DNA of 63,782 bases, the filler included, from Jimgerdemannia flammicorona (lineage: Eukaryota), in NCBI GenBank assembly GCA_003990765.1. It is 3 parts of 3 records of this genome, joined end to end, with 100 filler letters (N's around TTAATTAATTAA, not from the genome) between each part and the next. Parts side by side here need not be neighbours in the genome. Positions count along the whole stretch, not along the records: positions 21,297 to 42,491 come from RBNJ01001506.1; 2 more parts are not named here. One strand, written 5' to 3'. The position numbers and the translations under genes were made by a program. The notes under the pieces are model-generated. The model saw only the letters and a list, made by a program, of their open reading frames with translations. It was not told the origin of the DNA and ran no database searches. This document shows positions 21,297-32,564 of this stretch, piece by piece; the stretch's first letter is position 1, and each line of letters begins with the position of its first letter.

Positions 21297-24200
21297 TTTT
21301 AATAGTCACTTGGACACCATCTTTATTCCCAGTCTATGAATAAGTATACAATATCACCACCTACTATCTGATCCCTATAGGGGAGCCCCTCCCCACCCCT
21401 TCACAAATAAAGATCACCCTCTCACCAATGACTCCAACTCTCCCACTGCTCTGTCCACAGATTTTCTCCACCAAGTAGCACCTCTTACCACCCTGCAGCC
21501 CCCAACCAAGCCATCAGCCTGTCAAGGTGTCTTCCATAAGCCACTGCCACCATGATAACTGGCTCCCCAAGCTCTGTCACCTCCCATCCTCAAAAACAAA
21601 TTGCCAGTATCTGGCCAGCCCAACTCAAATAGCCAATGCCCAACCTAAGGTAATTCACTCCTTTCCTACCCCTCCTACCAATTGATCTCAAGTCCTCCCA
21701 CCTCCCCTGAACTTCATCTCTCCTATGCCTCACCCCCAAGTAGTCCCTGATGACCTGCCAAAAGTCTCCCAGCACCTCACACTCTCCTAGCCAATGTTCT
21801 GGCATCTGTACAAAGCCTCCTTCCTGTCTTACATTATGGCACTCCTCACAGTCAAAGCAACCCCCTATGATAAGGTGCCCTGAGTAGAAGTTGAGCATTA
21901 CATTCCTCCTCAGCATGTACCACCAGCCCACCCAGTACTTCGGTGGTATCCAATTTCACACTGCAGCACTCCAGATCCGAACACCATGCCAGTCCTACTC
22001 TTCTCCAATTCCAACTCCTTGCCAACCACTAGGTCACAGATCCTGGCCCGGTCCCCTTTGACATTCTATTCCATTACCAATGTCGAACTCAAGTAAAGGT
22101 ATGCTGCCCAGCAGTATGCCATCCCATCTCCACATCACCAGGTCCCAAGCCTCCTCCCCCTCATTCCCCTGTCAGCGAATATCAATGCAGTGTGCCCCCT
22201 CCACTATCCCCAACCTGAAACCTTTATATCACAATTGTGCAGTTCTCTGAAGTCCAACCAATGAGAGAAGATCACCAGTTGAGCCTCTTGATGATGACTG
22301 CCTCTCTCAGACCTTCTGCAGCAGGGGAACACAACCCCCTCCTCACAACTCCACCACCCTCTTAAGCCACCATGCCCTCAAGCAGTATAGTCATTTGAGA
22401 AAGTCCACCTGCCCAAGACCACCTCTCGCTACTGGTAGGGACAAGGTCTCCCAACCAATCTGGCTCTGTCTGCCAGCCCAAATCCATCCCTTAGCCACCT
22501 TCACCAATCTCTTCACCACCCAAGCTGGGAAGTCCAGATGGTATGCCAAATACTACAGCTTCGGCAGCCAATATACATTCAAGATTGAGACCCGTCCTGC
22601 CAGAGAAAAGTGTCTTCCCCCCCAACCCCACAGGTCCTCCTCCCAAATTCCAATTCACTGCTCCCACCAAAGCCTGGGCAGAACTGACCCATAGCCTGAC
22701 AAATAGATACCCAAGTACCCACTGCTTCACCAGTGGGGAGAATTGTTCCTATAACTTCTCCTCCTACCAGGCCATTGCCTAGCACTATTGTTTCACACTT
22801 GTGCCAATTCAGCTTTGCCCCAGAGTTCTCCTCATACCACTCCACTGTCTTCTTGAGCTCCTCAACCACAGCAATTGATCCCAAACCAACCACCATGTCA
22901 TCCGCAAAGGCCCCAACTTTCCACCCAATGCCAAAAATAGAGAGCCCCACTATCCTCCACCTAATCCTGTCCATTAGGAGTTCCAGGGAAAGAGCATACA
23001 AGATGGGGGACAGTGGGTCCCCCTGGGGCACCCCCCCACCCAGAGGGAATGCTACTCCTCTATGCCCATTAGACATGAGTGCAGCCCTACTACCTTCCAG
23101 TAGGCTGACTATTGCGGACTGAAAATAGATCAGAACCCCCACTCTATCCAATACTTTCACCAGCCAGACTTGTTGCACCTGGTCATAAGTCTTCTCCTGG
23201 TCCAAGAAGACTAGATACCCATCCAGTTCACAGGCTCTAGCCCCTTCAATAACTCCATGTCCCCAGGCTGTGCCATCTCTAATGAGCCAACCACCCACAA
23301 ATCCCCTCTGCTCAATACCTACAACTTGCTGGGCTACCTTCTGTAGCCTCATGACCACCACCTTAGTCACCAACTTTCTGTCTATATCCAGCAATATTAT
23401 TGACTGTCAGTTCTTCCAATCCTCTCACCTTCCTTTGTTCTTATAAAGCAGCATCACCAGCCCAAGATCCTGCTCCCCCACCCATCTCCCTGTCTGCAAT
23501 ATAGAGTCACACAATATCATCAACTCTCCCATCACACCTGGGCCTCCAACCATTCACTTCCCGAAGTCCCAGGGTAGGCCATCCTCCCCAGGTGCTGTAC
23601 CTGAGGCTGTCACAGCAAGAACCTGGTGGATCTCATCCTCCTTTACAGATATCACCAGGTCACCTAGTCCTTCAACTTGTGGTGGGTGCCAATCCTCCAA
23701 TGTTCAGTCAATGACAGTAGCATCTGGCCCACCCTCCTCCTCACTCCACAATCCACTCCATCACTCCTTCAGTGATCCAAGAATATCCTGTATACCATGC
23801 ACTAGTATACCATCTGAGTCAAGTACTCCTTCCCACCATTGCTGTACCCTTCTCACCCTAAGGGTCCTTATGAGAAACTTGGAAGGCCTCTCCCCTTCCT
23901 CCAGTCCCTGCCAACGAAGCCATACCACCAAGCTTTGCACCCTTGCCTCTTCCTCTTCCTGCAGCACCTGTTGCAGTTCCCCAACCTCTATCTTCGCCCT
24001 CATTACTCTCCAATCTTCTTCTCCCTCCACTATTGCCAGTCTTGCCGACTCCTCCAGAAGCCTAGTCAATCTAGTAGAAGCCCAATGCACTCTCTGCCAT
24101 CGCTGCTTCCCTGCCTTCTTGCCAGCCTCACTCCAGTACATCCTGACCATCTCTTTCATCCTCATCCACTGAACCCCAATCAAGGCACCTTTCTGCCACC

Positions 24201-24579
24201 AGTTCTCCACCCACAGCTGAATGTCCTTAGCCCACTCCTCCCACCAGGACTCATCATCTAACAAGGAGGAATTTAGGTGCCAATGTCCAAGCCCATCCCC
24301 ACTTCCCCCAAAGCACCCCTGTCCCAAAAGGCCCCAGTGATCTGACCATGGACACCATTCCACCTCCAGCGATTTCCAAACATCTCAGCCCCAACAGTTG
24401 GCCATCAGAATCCAGTCAATCCTTGTCCCCAGGTCTCCAGCCCAATGTGTATATATCCTCCTATCCCCCCAGTACTCACTACCAGTACCTACCAGTACTT
24501 CTAATCTTTCAACTTCCTCCCACACTGCCAGCCCCCTGCTCCTGCTCTCAGCACTCCATCCTCCATCATTCTATCCATC

Positions 24580-24581
<2 letters not shown>
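21297..24581 (-). mobile_element. L1/Tx1-like LINE copy A, 5' truncated within the endonuclease
   Basis: SDHW EN end, RT (FLDQEK.YD, GVPQGDPLSP, AFADD), C-terminal CEEC..EHWLGEC, AATAAA and poly(A) at the gap. Confidence 0.93.
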
Positions 24582-24619
<38 letters not shown>

Positions 24620-24683
24620 GTCTCTTGGACTGCCCTTTATTACCAAAGTCTATAGTGTTAACAATATAATGTCATCTACCCCC

Positions 24684-27600
24684 TCAACCAATGCCCCGGG
24701 GGCCCAACCTCTCTCTCTCAACCTCCCCCTGCCTAAGTACCACCTGATCACCTACTACCCAAACCCTCTTACCACTCTTCTGGGAGATACACTGCACCAA
24801 ACCCCTGTGGTACCCCCCACCCATACCCCAACCCCACCACCAACTATTCAAAATGTCCAACAGCAACCATTCCCACTATACCACCTTTTCCCCAACCCCA
24901 ACCTGATGCCCATCCTCAAATACATGTACCCAATGCCCTGCCAACCCAACCTACATAGCCAAGGCCCAGCCAAGAGTCAGCCATTCATCCCTGACCCCAC
25001 CCACTAATCGCTGGCGAAGCTCTCCCCATCTCCCCCCTCCCTCCCCTCCCCCAGCTCCCAACCCTAACCTGCCCATTATACATCTCCAGAACTCCCCCAA
25101 AACCTCACACTCACTAAGCCAATGTTCAGGCATTTGTACCAATCCTCCCTCTTGACCAACATTGAAACAATTCTCGCACTCGAGTACCCCACTGTCCACC
25201 AAGTGACCAGACTGATAGTTCAGCATCACATTCTGCCATAGGATCCACCACCATGCCAACCAGAACTTGGGGGGCAGCCACTGCCTCACCTGTTTGCTTC
25301 AAAGCCAGAGCCCATTCCAATCCCACTCTTCCCCGATTCCAACCCTCTGCCAGGCTTCAGGCCACAGATCTCCACCTAGTCCTCACAGGCACTCCAGACC
25401 CTCGCCAAGCTGAAAGTCCTCCACCAGAACACCACCCAATAGAAGCCTGTCCCATCTCTACATCTGCGGTCCCCAAACCTCCTCGGTCTCATCACCTTGC
25501 CACCAAAGGCCGATTTTCTTAGCACCATCCACCGCTCCCCACCAAAAGCCTGTAAACCACATCCTCCGGCTCCCTTCCATGGCCATCATTGCAAGCAGGT
25601 CGCTGGAGCCACCATGTGGGGAGTATCGAACCTCCCACAACCTCTGCATGAGTGGCACCCACTCTCGACCTCTAAGCTCACTCACCCTCCTTAGCCACTA
25701 GGCCCTCAGACATAAAAGCTGCTTAGTAAAGTCCACTAAGCCCAGTCCACCTCTTTCCAAGGGTAGTGTGAGCACCTCCCAACCAATCTGGCTCTGCTGC
25801 TCTCCCCAAATCCATGACCTTGCCATCTTCAACAGCCCCTTAACTACCCATGGTGGGAAATCCAAATGATATCCAACATACCACAGCTTCGGTATCCAGT
25901 ACATATTCAACACCATCACCCTTCCGGCAGGGACATATGCCGGCCTCCCCATCGCATCAAGACATCACCCCACTCCAGCAGTTTATGGTCCCACCATGCC
26001 CAGGGAAGAAGAGATCCAAATACCGAGAAGTAGATTCCCAAGTAGCACACTGGTTCACCAGCTGGAACCACTGTTCCAATAACATCACCACTGACAATTC
26101 CAGTGCCCAGCACCAGCATCTCGCATTTGTGCCAGTTCAGTTTAGCACCAGAATCCTGCTCATACCATTCCACCATCCTCTGCAACTCTCCAACATCCCC
26201 CAAGGAACCCAGTCCGACCACCATATTATCAGCAAAGGCCCCCACCTTCTAGTTCACTCCTAAAATGTCCAAACCTCCAATCTTATGCTGAATCCTGTCC
26301 AGTAGTGGCTCCAGGGAAAGGGCATACAATATGGGTGATAAGGGGTCCCCTTGTGGCACCCCACGGCCCAGGGGGAAGGTCACTCCCCGGTGGCCATTGA
26401 TGACCAATACCACCTGACTATCCTCCAAGAGACTGATCAATGAACCTCAGAACCCTGGGGGGATACCAATCCGCTTCAGCACTCCCTCCAGCCAAACTCT
26501 CTGCACTCTATCATAAGCCTTCTCCTGGTCTAGAAATACCAATCTGCCATCCACCCCTGTAGCCCGGGCACCTTCAATCACTCCATGAACCCAGGCCATC
26601 CCATCTCGAATCAATTGACCACCGACAAACCCACGTTGCTCCAAACCAAGCACCTGCTGTACGATCTCTTGCAACCGCAATACCAAGATCTTCGTCACCA
26701 GTTTGCGATCCATGTCCAGAAGCATGATTGGCCGCCAGTTCTTCCAATCCTCCCTCCTGCCTTTGTTCTTATATAGCAAGGAGACCAGCCCCAAGTGCTG
26801 TCCCCCAATCCAGGCACCAGACTGAAGAACTTCATCACACATAGCCATCATTTCCTCTAGTACCTCACACACCCCTGTCATCTTCTGCCAAAAATCCCAG
26901 GGGAGTCCATCCTCTCCCGGAGCTGTCCCTTTACTCGTAGAGGCCACTACCTTGCAAATCTCCTCACCACTCACCAGGTCCCCCAATGCTACAAGCCCCA
27001 TGGCAGGGTCAGGGTGCCAATCTCCCAGCTGCCTTTCAATGTTCAGAGCATCCAGTTCCCCTTCATCCTCACTCCAAAGGTTCCCCCACTGGGAATGCAA
27101 TAGGCCCAAAATCGCTAGGGTCTCCACCACCAGCTCGCCATCCTCGTCCAAAACTCCCTCCCACCGCTGCCTCATTCATTGTGCTTGTAACAACCATGAC
27201 AAGAACCTGGTAGGTCTCTCCCCTTCCTCAAGCCCCTGCCATCGCAAGCGGGCCACCATCCCCTGCAGCTGCTCCTCTTCCTCCCTCTGTAGCACCTCTT
27301 TGAGCTCCTCCACCTCCTGCTGGATTCTCGCAATATGCCAATCATCCTCGGCCCTATCCTCCAGCACACCCGCCCATCTCTCCATGAGTGCCACCAAATG
27401 CCACGAGGCCCACATCACCCACTGCCTTCGCTGAGCACTCTTTCCTTTCCCCGCTTCCCTCCAATACCCCTGAGCCTTCACCTTCAACCTTCTCCAGTGG
27501 TCCCCAATTGCCAGCCCTTGATCCCGCCACCTGCTGATATCTCTAACCACCTCTGTTTCCCAACCCTCCCACAATGCCCTATCCTCCAACAAGGAAGAAT

Positions 27601-28345
27601 TTAGCCACCAATGTCCAGGCCCATCCTCATTTCCCCCAAACCTCCCCCCTCCAAGCAACCCCCAGTGATCAGACCATAGACACCATATGACTCTCAGCAC
27701 CATCCAGACATCTGCTCCCCAACACTCTGCTGTTAGAACCCAGTCAATCCTAGAGCCCAGTCCTGCTGCCCAATGGGTATACACCCTCCGATCAGCCCAA
27801 AAATGTCTCCCTGAGTCCACTAAAGAACACAACCTTTCTATCTCCAACCAGTCCACCAACCCACCACTTTCACCTCGCATACCTCTTCCTCTATCAGTTC
27901 TGTCCAACTCCTTGTCCCATACCATGTTGAAGTCTCCCCCCATACAGTCAAACCCAACTTCTCCCAATACACCAGCCTCTTTCAATCTGCGTATCCAATC
28001 CACCCTCTCCCCTCTCTCAGCCAGGCAGTAACAAGACCCAACCATCAGCAAGCCCCATCCAGGCCTCTTCCATACTCCCCACACCACCCACGACCCCCAA
28101 TGTCCAATGTCCCCAATGTCCCCCATCCCTTTCCGAACAAGAATACCCACTTTCCCCATCCAAACTGCTGCACCCCCCCATTCCTTAGTCCAATCCTGTA
28201 AATCCACATCAGCATCATACCGAACATCCTGTAACAAGAAGAGGTCTGCATCCAGACCCCGAAGCCATCCAAATATGTACTTCCTCCTAGCCACCCCCCA
28301 TAACCCATTAATGTTCAATGAGAATATCCTAGTTATACTGTTCAT
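24684..28345 (-). pseudogene. LINE ORF2: APE endonuclease, RT, C-terminal Cys/His region
   Basis: SLNINGL, LLQD, GGDFN, RIDW, SDHW; APGEDG, NWRPI, QRGF, DQEKAYDRV, PQGDPLSP, AFADN; several stops and one frameshift near 25950. Confidence 0.95.
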
Positions 28346-28376
28346 ATTGAGTAGACATTGTAGAAGAGACCTCAAT

Positions 28377-30293
28377 CTATAATTCCATGCTCATCTTATC
28401 CCTTGCCAAGTCCAAGAGCCACTCAGCTTCCAATTCACCCTCCGCAATATCCCATGCATCCAGTGCCCCCAAGATTTCTTGACACTCCACCCTGTCCACC
28501 TCCTCCATATCTGCCCTGTAATCCAAGCAGACCATGTGCCACTTCTCAAGTCCCTTCCTCAAGTTCCACAAGACAAGTGCCCTGTCACTTGCAATCCTTC
28601 TAAGCTCCTCCTCTCGCTGATCATCAACCTGATACTCAACAGACTCCAGGAGGACAGCCAGGATCTCATTCCTCATCTTCCTCGGCACCTCTTCCCCACA
28701 TAGAATCTCCTCCCAATGCCTCTCCTCCATCACCCTGAAGTCCTCACCCTCCAGCTCTTCAGCCGCTACCCCTTCCAGGGTCTTCCACATCCACTTCTCC
28801 TCATCTACCGCCTCCGCTGCCCCCTGAGCAATTTGTCCCCCATCCATCTCAGGGTCCACCAGTGCGCTCCTCCTCACTGACTCATCCCACTCCTCATCCA
28901 GCACATCCATCAGCTCCTCCTCGCCTCCTGCCCCATTTGGAACACTATACTGAGGGCACCCACCTTCACCCATTTCGGCATCCACCTTCAAGTTATCCTC
29001 CCTCCCCTCCCCAACTCTAATCTGAGCCTTGCCCTGGGCCATCTCTCCCCCTTCAGCCCAGGCACTCTCCTGCAACCCTGCAGCCCCCTCTCCGGAGCTT
29101 CCACCAGCCCTACCCCCGCCCAACTTTGCCAACAACTCCTTCTGAATTCTCCTCCCCTGCATCTCCTCCCAGGCCCCCTTCTCCATCTGAACCCTCTTAC
29201 CATCCACCTCCCCCACCACCATCCTGGCCTCAAACTTCTTCCAGGTTAATCTCCTCCTCGCAACTGCCCCTTCCAGGTCCTCCAGAGCCTCCAACAGGTC
29301 CTCCTCCTCCTCCTGAGTCCCCTTCACCCTAGTGACCTTACACTCCACCAGTCCCCACCTCAGTACTGCTGGCTAGTCCCTCGACTTCCCCATACTCTCC
29401 TTTCCAGCCAGTCTCACCCTGACATCGACGTCTCCAGTTCTAAGCTCCGTACTCTTCCAGACCTTGAACCCAACATCTACAATCTCACCATACTCCTTGA
29501 TCACCTCTACAACCAACTCCCTGGTCCTTTCCTTCGACACCATAGGAAGGTCCAACACCGTCAGCTGCACCACCTGGGGATCCCAGCGCATACACTGGAC
29601 CATAGGGACCACAACCCTGCCAACCATCACCCCCTTCTCCATGGCTGCCAACAAGGCATCTTCCTCCTCAAACCCCACCTCAACCCCTTCCTTTCCCCTC
29701 AAGAACTTCACCAATGCTGCTCCCTTAGCCTTCTGTGCCACCAGCCCCAAAATCATCCTCGCCATCACTGCCAAGCCCCGGAAACACATCGTGACCGCAA
29801 ATTCGGACCTTGACTTCTTGAGTAATGGGGCCGACACCATGCCCATCACCCCATCTGCCAGGTCCCCAGGCCTCATGCCCACTCCAAGTCCTGAATTGCC
29901 AACCGCCGTCACATCTGGATTTTTTGCCAGATTTCCAGTCACAGCCCCATCAACAGTCACATATCCAGCCCCTACTCTGGCCCCTTCCCTACCACCAGAA
30001 GTACCCTGGGGTGCACCTCCCTGACCCCCAGCAGTAGCCATCAACACCTGCCCCAGGCCCAGCCAACTATCCAGCCCAGAAGCCATCTTCCCCATCCTGA
30101 CCTTGTCAGCAAAGGTCAACCTCTCCCCTCCTCTCTGCCTCAGACCACCCCTCCCTCCGCCGCCGGGGCCTTGGCTAGCCATCGAGGCCCCTGGCATCCC
30201 CAAACCATCTCCCCTCCTCCCCACCTGCTGCCAGCCAAAGGTACCATCACCCCCCTGGCCAGTACACTCACCAGATCGATCGTTGCCAACCAT
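28377..30293 (-). pseudogene. LINE ORF1 (Gly-rich N-terminus, RRM-like middle, acidic helical C-terminus)
   Basis: ORFs 29373..30293 and 28377..29348 are in one frame split by TAG where copy C has TGG. Confidence 0.88.
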
Positions 30294-30360
30294 GTTGTTA
30301 GTCGTCAGACACCAAAAACATTGTAAAAAGTGTTGTCTGAGTCTTGTGTCACCCGAATGT

Positions 30361-31697
30361 TACTGGTGAAAGGCATGGCCTCCAGGACATCATTGTTAAT
30401 CTCCTCTTTCAATCAAATATTGTACACCTCCCCAGTAGGTATCATATAGAATATTGTCACATTTACTTCAGACTTTATAATACTATAAGCTTTGGCCATG
30501 TCCATACTGTTTAATATATTACTGTACTCTTTATAGAGAGCAAGGATGGCATCTTGATGGATACTGGGGCTTGTTAGTAGTAGTATCTTTGCAATATTAG
30601 CTAGCTGGTTGATGACAGAGGCAATTGCCAAGCCAGGGTTGGTTCATTCACATTTTTTGAGAGTAGTGTTGCAGGAGGGAGTAGTGTTGTGAGAGGAAGT
30701 AGTAGTAGAGAAAGTGGTGATAGAGGAAGGTTTGTTGGTGTTGGAGATGTTTTGAGAGATATCTTGAAGCTCATCTTCATCTTCAGAGAGTATCTTATTT
30801 CAAATTTGATGCTTGTTGGTGTTGAAAGAGGTTTGAGAGGAGATTGATGATTGGTGTTTGTCTTCATCTTCAGAGGACATCTTAGTCTGAGTGCAATGCT
30901 GCACAGCCCAGCCTTATATAGTAGTGTGACAACCAGTTGCCCCTATTGTCCCAAACAGCTCATTAAAGTTATTATACTGAGAAAAGGCCCTATTCTGGAA
31001 CTTTTTTGCCTGGGAGTACTCCTGTAAATATAGAACAAATTAGAAAAGATAATATCTAGCTTGCAGAAAATCTGAATAATAAGTATTTGCACCTTTAAGT
31101 AATTATTCCACACTTTTAAAGGAGCCTCCACTGTTTGTGCCTCCTCATTTCAATCAAACCTACTTCTATTCTTCAGGTGGTTGAATGTATCATAGTCTGA
31201 CTTAAATGACTGATGAAACTTCAACTTGATCTGGCTGATGTTGATTGGCTGGTCAAAGTGTTCTAAGTATTATTTAGCTATTAAGACCCATGTCTCTGGC
31301 TTGAAACCATTTTTAGTTCTTTTTTCATATCAAACTGCATCAAGCAGCTGGGAGATCAGATAGTTTTCCATTGTCAAGTCTCATTGGAGGTATGGTGCCT
31401 TCTTCTTTCCTTTAGAGTTTTCTTTGGTAGAGGTAGTGGGATTCATAGAGATAATAGGTTCATGGAGACAAAGATAAATATAACAAGAGATAGTAGAGAT
31501 AGTGGAAATAACAGTCAAAATACAGATCCAGACTGGACCTGTATTTCAAAATAAGGGGTTATATGTGATTTTGTATGATATTGTGTTCTAATGATAATGT
31601 TGTACTGAATATATCATAATTTTGCTATAATATTCAAAAATAATATTATTTTGAAATGCAGGTATTATTTTCTAAACTAATACAACTGAATAGGCCC
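30361..31697 (-). mobile_element. PIF/Harbinger DNA transposon fragment (one end plus Myb/SANT ORF)
   Basis: Minus-strand terminus TAA|GGGCCTATTCAG at 31697; Myb/SANT-like gene inside; transposase not seen. Confidence 0.72.
30365..31463 (-). pseudogene. Myb/SANT-like DNA-binding protein (Harbinger ORF1), intron 31022-31092
   Basis: ENYLISQLLDAV, NGFKPETW, QIKLKF, SRFD*NEE..VEAPLKVWNNYLK; after a GT-AG intron AKKFQN..F..Y..FNELFG..GATG. Confidence 0.78.
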
Positions 31698-31700
31698 TTA

Positions 31701-32564
31701 GTACTTTTAGCAGATATCATATTTCTTGAGTATATCTAACTTGTGTTCTGAGGTTGAGCTAGTATTAATATACATATTGTTTATAGTTTCTCTTCTATAT
31801 TTTTCTATCTTTGATAGATATTTTAATATTTTTATTAAATGAGGTCTTCTTGTACTTTAGTAGTTATAAGAACTTTCTTTAGGGTATAGTTCCTGGATAC
31901 TCTCTTTTTCTGATTTATTGAAGTTAGTGGAAAAGTATATCAATAATATTATGAACTTTTTCTACTTTATAAATAATAATGATTTTGTAATTTTATAGGA
32001 TCTGAATCTAGTAGATAAGAATTTTGACAGATTTCTTATAGTTGAATAACTATTTAAGGATAGTTAGTTATTAGAGTGAATTTTTTTCTAATAAGATAGT
32101 ACTTGAACAGAGTGATTGTCTATATATTTGTAAGGTATTTCAATTTAGTGCTACTATAGTTAGTTTACTGCTGATTTGTAGCTTGGTTTATATAAGCTAT
32201 TATATAGTACTACTTATTAGGTCCTTTTTGGACTAAGACTGCTCTGAGATTATCTTTAGAAGTATCTATATATAAGATGAATAACTTCTATTGATTGGGT
32301 TATATAAGAACTGGTACTATAGTTATATAGTACTTGAGTTCTCTAAAGATTAGTTCTTATGGTTCCTTTAATTTATATAATATTTCTTTCTTAAAAAGAG
32401 TTCAAATTAGTATAGTAATTTGGGCAAAATTTTTAATAAATCTTCTATAGTAAGATACTAGTATCAGAAATAATAGTATTTCTTTTAGAGTCTTGGATAC
32501 TGACCATTTATTGATCTTCTTGATTTTCTTTGAATCTGTATAAATTTCTTCTTTAGAGACTATA
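31701..32564 (-). mobile_element. Decayed Ty3/gypsy pol fragment (RT end, RNase H, integrase start)
   Basis: ORF 32402..32665 part IYTDSKKI..W..SYYRRFIKNFAQI; cut by the chromovirus LTR at 32565. Confidence 0.8.

Larger units (their letters stand above)
24582..30359 (-). mobile_element. L1/Tx1-like LINE copy B, full length, least mutated
   Basis: 5' end CATTCGGGTGACACAAGAC shared with copy C; ORF1, ORF2, 35-nt poly(A) at 24582-24616. Confidence 0.96.

Noticed and set aside
22395..30369. Numerous Pro/Ser-rich plus-strand ORFs
   Set aside because: Antisense shadows of the G-rich LINE ORFs
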